Shown here: in pieces, positions 8,467 to 11,924 of the stretch | How positions within the stretch are numbered: position 1 is the first letter of the stretch | Layout of the letters: every line of letters starts with the position of its first letter | Assembly (NCBI GenBank): GCA_965649055.1 | Contig: CBFGJG010000053.1 | Location: forward strand, 1 to 11,924 | Reading direction: 5' to 3' | Length of the DNA: 11,924 nt | DNA from: a candidate division WOR-3 bacterium | GTDB lineage: Bacteria > Hydrothermota > UBA3072 > B12-G15 | Position numbers and translations under genes: made by a program | The notes under the pieces: generated by a model | Told to the model about the DNA's origin: nothing | Database searches by the model: none | The model's input: the letters and a program-made list of their open reading frames with translations, nothing else

Positions 8467-8923
8467 TCACAATTTTATTCCTGCACCGATTCCAATTTGT
8501 ATACAGGTTATAAATTTTTTATCCCTGTAATGTTCTGCTAATTTAAGTTGAAATTGCAAAAGTAATAAAGATGTGTCTAAGATATTATGTTCTAAAGAAA
8601 AAGCAAATAATGTTGAGCTGATTCCCGATACAAATATTCCAAGACCATATCCTATAGAAAGAGAACTTGTCTTAAATGGGAAATATATCAAGTGGAAAAG
8701 CTCAATCCATATAGCACCATAGTTTGAAAGAGTTGAAAATCCAGATGAACCTTCAAAACCATAATTTTTTTTCAATAACATTCAGAAAGATCTCTAATGA
8801 ACCTCCAGCTTCGTAAAAATATCCTTCATATTTACTGCTTAAATCATAGCCAAATGTTCCTATTCTTCCTCCAAATCCTAAATTTGTGTTTGTAAAAAGC
8901 GCAGAAAAAATAAAAAGTATCAT
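8467..8923 (-). pseudogene. Frameshifted gene for a putative small outer-membrane beta-barrel-like protein (151 aa if repaired)
   Basis: ATG at 8923 has a strong SD (AGGAGG) and an ATGA overlap with the DUF362 stop. This frame ends at TGA 8755-8753 after 56 aa. Removing one A from the A8 tract (8772-8765) joins it in frame to the 8467..8781 ORF. Confidence 0.7.
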
Positions 8924-9933
8924 AAAACCTCCTCTTGGACCTTTAAAGCATTAAATCTACACATTTCAATACAGGTATAACATTCCTGACATTTTTTGTA
9001 GTTGATATAAACATTACCAAAATTTATTCTTATTGCACCAAAAGGACAGACCCTTTCACAAGAACCACATAGAACACATTTTGTCCTGAAAAATCTTGGC
9101 TTTTTAGGATATACTATTTTTCTTATCCTGTTGAACCTTGGTAGGTGTATTAAAATGTTTTTAGGGGTTTTTATAGTTAAATTGCCTTCTATCTCGTTAA
9201 TAATTATAGGTTCTTTTATATTATTTCTTTTTGCTATTTGATATAAAGGAAATTTTTTTACATCAAAAATTTTAGCAATAGCAATATCAAGTTCAAAAGG
9301 GTCATTTGACACACCTATTATATTTTTATTCACTATATCACCATTTGAAGGTCCTGAACCTTCCATGGCAATAATACCATCAAGTATTGTTAAATCTGTT
9401 TTAACAGTTTTTTGAAGCGAAAATAACATTTCGGAAAACGAAAAAGGGTCAGGATTTAAAATGTGATAAATTCTTTTCTTTTTGCCAATAATAAAACCAT
9501 ATAGATTTTTAACGCCGATCGTTAATACAGTAAGTATATGCGTTTTAAATTTAGGGAGGTTAATAATATAATCATAATCATTTATAAATTTAGTAAGATA
9601 AAAACCATTTTTTATAAAAAAATCACTTTCATCGAAGAAAAATTTTTTAAATCTTATTTTATCGTATAATATATCTGACCAGAAATTTGGTTTACCTTCA
9701 ATATCTCCAGGACTATCTGCTATTTCCGGAATCCCACTACAATCCCTTATGTATTCTGCAACTCCATTAACAAGCCTATAATCAGTAACTACATTAAACT
9801 TATTTGTAAGTAGATTAGGTTTTAACAGGACTCTGTCACCATTCTTAACATTAAGAAGATTGTTTTTTTCAATCAGGTCTCCTATTGTTTTTTTAATATC
9901 TTCATAATTATTCTTACTAACTAAAATTACCAT
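8920..9933 (-). CDS. DUF362 family protein with C-terminal 2x[4Fe-4S] ferredoxin domain
   Basis: VLLKPNLL, INLPKFKTH..LT.GVKN.YG and DGIIAMEG.GP (DUF362); CVLCGSCERVCP and CQECYTCIEMC cluster motifs. Confidence 0.92.
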   Translation of the reverse strand: MVILVSKNNYEDIKKTIGDLIEKNNLLNVKNGDRVLLKPNLLTNKFNVVTDYRLVNGVAEYIRDCSGIPEIADSPGDIEGKPNFWSDILYDKIRFKKFFFDESDFFIKNGFYLTKFINDYDYIINLPKFKTHILTVLTIGVKNLYGFIIGKKKRIYHILNPDPFSFSEMLFSLQKTVKTDLTILDGIIAMEGSGPSNGDIVNKNIIGVSNDPFELDIAIAKIFDVKKFPLYQIAKRNNIKEPIIINEIEGNLTIKTPKNILIHLPRFNRIRKIVYPKKPRFFRTKCVLCGSCERVCPFGAIRINFGNVYINYKKCQECYTCIEMCRFNALKVQEEVL

Positions 9934-10687
9934 CCTTTATCCTTTTTTTTAATTCTTTTATTCTTTCTAATAAATTGATGACTTCATAAGAAGGCATCAA
10001 TTCTATTATTAAATCCATATTTTTTATATTTATCGTATTAAAAAACTTTATCCAATCAATTTTTCCATAACCGGGAAAAAGATGATTATCTTCACATTGC
10101 ATCAAACTATCAGAAATATGAATTTCTGAAATCCTGTCTTCTATCATTTTTATTTTTTCATAATCAGTATTATTTGCGAAATAATGTGAAGTGTCAAAAC
10201 ATATATTTAGATTTAAGGCTTTAGATATAAAAATTAATTCTTCTAAATTTGAAGCAGATTTTGGTCTCAGAGTGTTCTCTATAAGTATCTCTTTTCCCCA
10301 ATCATCTGCAAACATTTTAACTTCCTCAATACTTTTAATAATAATATCAATGTTTGATTTAGAATTTGCAGGATGAATAATTACCCTCAAAGCATTAAGA
10401 TGGTGTGAAACGAGGATACATTTTTGGACTTCCCTAATGGATTTTATTCTGATATGTTCATTTTCACTTCCTAAGTCTACCCAGTCAGGTGGATGGATTG
10501 ATAATGGTTCGATATTATATTTCTTTAAAATGGATTTTAAATTTTTTAGTTCATTTTTATCTTCATATTTTATATGCTCTTTTTCACACCTTATTTCTAA
10601 ATATGGTAAATCATAGTCTTTCATATTATTTATTAATTCAAGTATATTTCTATCTTTAACTATTGTTGAAGAGATTCCAAATCTCAT
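9917..10687 (-). CDS. Xylose isomerase-like TIM-barrel protein (sugar phosphate isomerase/epimerase, AP_endonuc_2 family)
   Basis: SIHPP, IIHP, IEN, CFDTSH, IHISD, DNHLFPG.G.IDW and IIEL metal-site pattern; ATGA overlap with mrp. Confidence 0.9.
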   Translation of the reverse strand: MRFGISSTIVKDRNILELINNMKDYDLPYLEIRCEKEHIKYEDKNELKNLKSILKKYNIEPLSIHPPDWVDLGSENEHIRIKSIREVQKCILVSHHLNALRVIIHPANSKSNIDIIIKSIEEVKMFADDWGKEILIENTLRPKSASNLEELIFISKALNLNICFDTSHYFANNTDYEKIKMIEDRISEIHISDSLMQCEDNHLFPGYGKIDWIKFFNTINIKNMDLIIELMPSYEVINLLERIKELKKRIKDGNFS

Positions 10688-11478
10688 TTGAAAAATTCTA
10701 ATATTTTGTCTACAATTTCTAACATTGTTTTATAAGATTCAGAACCTTTAAGTGATTCCACAAATGTTATTCCAGAATCTGCAAGATCAACGATTGCAGG
10801 TTCAATTGGTATTCTACCAAGAAAAGGAACTTTTAGTTCTCTTGCAGCCTTTTCTCCACCACCGACCTTAAATAGTTCTATCTTTCCACCACAATGTGGA
10901 CAAATAAGACCTGACATATTTTCAATTACACCTATAATTGGTATACCGAGTTTCATAGAAAAATCGATGGCTTTTCTTGAATCAAGAAGACTTAAATCCT
11001 GTGGTGTTGTGACTATTATCGAACCATCAACGGGTTGTAATTCCTGTGCAACTGAGAGTGGTTCATCACCTGTGCCTGGTGGAAGGTCTATAACGAGGAA
11101 TTTTATATCTTCCCAGTTAACATCATCTGCGAATTGTCTTATAAGTTTAACCTTTAAAGGGCCTCTCCAGATGACAGCGGTATCTGGGTGTTCAAGTAAG
11201 AATGCGATTGAAACAACTTTGAGATTTTCATTGATAATTACAGGTTTGATTTTATTGTTTTCTGAATATAATCTCTTGTTTTCTATACCAAGTAATTTTG
11301 GTATATTGGGTCCGTGTATATCAATATCCATAAGACCCGTTTTAAAACCTTTTTCAAATGCTAATGCATATGCGATGTTTGCAGCAATTGTTGATTTTCC
11401 AACGCCACCTTTACCGCTGAAAACCATAATTTTTTTTACGTTTTCAAGCCTTTTTTTAGGAACATTTAAATCTTCCAT
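10684..11478 (-). CDS. mrp: Mrp/NBP35 (ApbC) family Fe-S cluster carrier ATPase
   Basis: SGKGGVGKST, DIDIHGP, WRGP, DLPPGTGD, VTTPQ and ENMS..CPHC. ATG at 11478 with SD AAGGAG preferred over TTG at 11517 (264 aa; no N-terminal DUF59 domain). Confidence 0.96.
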   Translation of the reverse strand: MEDLNVPKKRLENVKKIMVFSGKGGVGKSTIAANIAYALAFEKGFKTGLMDIDIHGPNIPKLLGIENKRLYSENNKIKPVIINENLKVVSIAFLLEHPDTAVIWRGPLKVKLIRQFADDVNWEDIKFLVIDLPPGTGDEPLSVAQELQPVDGSIIVTTPQDLSLLDSRKAIDFSMKLGIPIIGVIENMSGLICPHCGGKIELFKVGGGEKAARELKVPFLGRIPIEPAIVDLADSGITFVESLKGSESYKTMLEIVDKILEFFK

Positions 11479-11518
11479 ATATAACTCCTTTTTAAGAAAT
11501 CCTTTAAACTTAATCAAG

Positions 11519-11543
11519 TGGAGCAGAGCGGAGTTGAACCGCT
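11519..11543 (-). repeat. Duplicated 3' end of tRNA-Ala (att-like direct repeat)
   Basis: TGGAGCAGAGCGGAGTTGAACCGCT is identical at 11519-11543 and 11719-11743 (27/28 when extended by 3 nt), exactly 200 bp apart. Confidence 0.95.
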
Positions 11544-11565
11544 AACAGCTTCGTTTCACTTCGCT

Positions 11566-11667
11566 TTAAGGGGGAAATATAATATCCCAAAAATTTCATT
11601 TTTGGTAGGCCTTAATACTAGTTCTTTTTTATTATGCATATTTCCCCCTTAATATTTCCCCTTCAAA
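11566..11667. repeat. 15-bp perfect inverted repeat plus tandem degenerate copy
   Basis: TTAAGGGGGAAATAT (11566-11580) is the reverse complement of ATATTTCCCCCTTAA (11638-11652); a second copy ATATTTCCCCTT starts at 11652. Confidence 0.9.
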
Positions 11668-11672
11668 GGTAG

Positions 11673-11704
11673 GTGGGGAAAGCATCTTTCCCCACACCCC
11701 TTTT
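11673..11704. terminator. GC-rich hairpin, possible (bidirectional) intrinsic terminator downstream of the tRNA
   Basis: GTGGGGAAAG-cat-CTTTCCCCAC is a perfect 10-bp stem (11673-11695). It is followed by ACCCCTTTT on plus and CTACCTTT on minus, so the U-tracts are short and offset. Confidence 0.5.
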
Positions 11705-11718
11705 AGGTCAGCTATAAA

Positions 11719-11792
11719 TGGAGCAGAGCGGAGTTGAACCGCTGACCTGTGCGCTGCGAACGCACCGCTCTACCAAACTGAGCTACTGCCCC
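11719..11792 (-). tRNA. tRNA-Ala (anticodon CGC), CCA not encoded
   Basis: GGGGCAG TA GCTC AGTTTGGTA GAGC G GTGCG TTCGCAG CGCAC AGGTC AGCGG TTCAACT CCGCT CTGCTCC A gives a full cloverleaf with the G3-U70 alanine identity pair and discriminator A73. Confidence 0.98.
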
Positions 11793-11800
11793 TTTTCCTG

Positions 11801-11828
11801 ATATTATTTTAATTTTTTTAAATGTCAA
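11801..11828 (-). promoter_or_regulatory. Putative tRNA promoter (proximal)
   Basis: Minus strand TTGACA (11828-11823), 16 bp, TAATAT (11806-11801); 8 nt to the tRNA 5' end. Confidence 0.65.
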
Positions 11829-11890
11829 GTGAACATTTGATATTACATAATTTAATTAACGGGAAGATCAGGGACATGGTGGTACAATTT

Positions 11891-11918
11891 ATTATAATTA
11901 ACATTTAAGTTTTGTCTA
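11891..11918 (-). promoter_or_regulatory. Putative second (distal) promoter facing the tRNA
   Basis: Minus strand TAGACA (11918-11913), 16 bp, TATAAT (11896-11891). The AT-rich context raises the rate of chance matches. Confidence 0.45.
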
Positions 11919-11924
11919 AAAATT

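Larger units (their letters stand above)
11519..11743. mobile_element. Miniature or vestigial tRNA-integrated element (attL/attR-like ends, no genes)
   Basis: Bounded by the 25-bp tRNA 3' direct repeats; the 175-bp interior holds inverted and tandem repeats; no integrase in the window. Confidence 0.6.

Noticed and set aside
8467..8781. 104-aa ORF as a complete independent gene
   Set aside because: No SD at a usable distance from the ATG at 8781; better explained as the 3' part of the frameshifted gene starting at 8923.
11479..11517. TTG-start N-terminal extension of mrp
   Set aside because: A clear SD precedes the ATG at 11478, and the TTG abuts the tRNA-derived repeat.
10191..11545. Plus-strand ORFs 10191..10376 and 10967..11545
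   Set aside because: Antisense to the TIM-barrel and mrp genes. The longer one runs into the tRNA repeat but has no integrase-like motifs.
11540..11565. Integron attC site (GCTAAC resembles an R'' box)
   Set aside because: No matching GTTRRRY box with L boxes at a suitable distance, no cassette ORF and no intI.
11519..11743. 25-bp direct repeats as a CRISPR array or a second tRNA
   Set aside because: Only two copies, a 175-bp interval, tRNA-derived sequence and no cas genes. The downstream copy lacks D and anticodon arms.
11819..11878. Tiny minus-strand ORF MSLIFPLIKLCNIKCSLDI sharing LIFPL with the 12-codon ORF in the element
   Set aside because: Nucleotide similarity is weak, there is no SD, and it overlaps the tRNA -35 box; most likely coincidence.

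Overview
AT-rich bacterial chromosomal window, mostly housekeeping. The gene content (class V FBP aldolase/phosphatase, roadblock and DnaJ-TPR proteins) suggests a deep-branching and possibly thermophilic lineage; this is inference. Plus strand: end of a riboflavin operon (probable ribD C-terminus, ribE, ribBA, ribH), nusB, a metallophosphoesterase and bifunctional FBP aldolase/phosphatase. Minus strand: a GT4 glycosyltransferase / DnaJ-TPR / roadblock unit, then a short ComEC. After a divergent hypothetical gene comes a minus-strand run: tRNA-Ala(CGC), Mrp/ApbC ATPase, TIM-barrel isomerase-like protein, DUF362-[4Fe-4S] protein, and a putative beta-barrel membrane protein gene split by a frameshift near an A8 tract. 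The most unusual feature is a 200-bp gene-less element at the tRNA 3' end. It is bounded by a 25-bp duplication of the tRNA 3' end and packed with inverted/tandem repeats, hairpins and a possible internal promoter. Other points: back-to-back promoters that seem to give leaderless mRNAs, and a GroES-loop-like C-terminal tail on the hypothetical protein. No CRISPR array, integrase, transposase or recognisable defence system is visible, and I cannot claim a complete new system from sequence alone.
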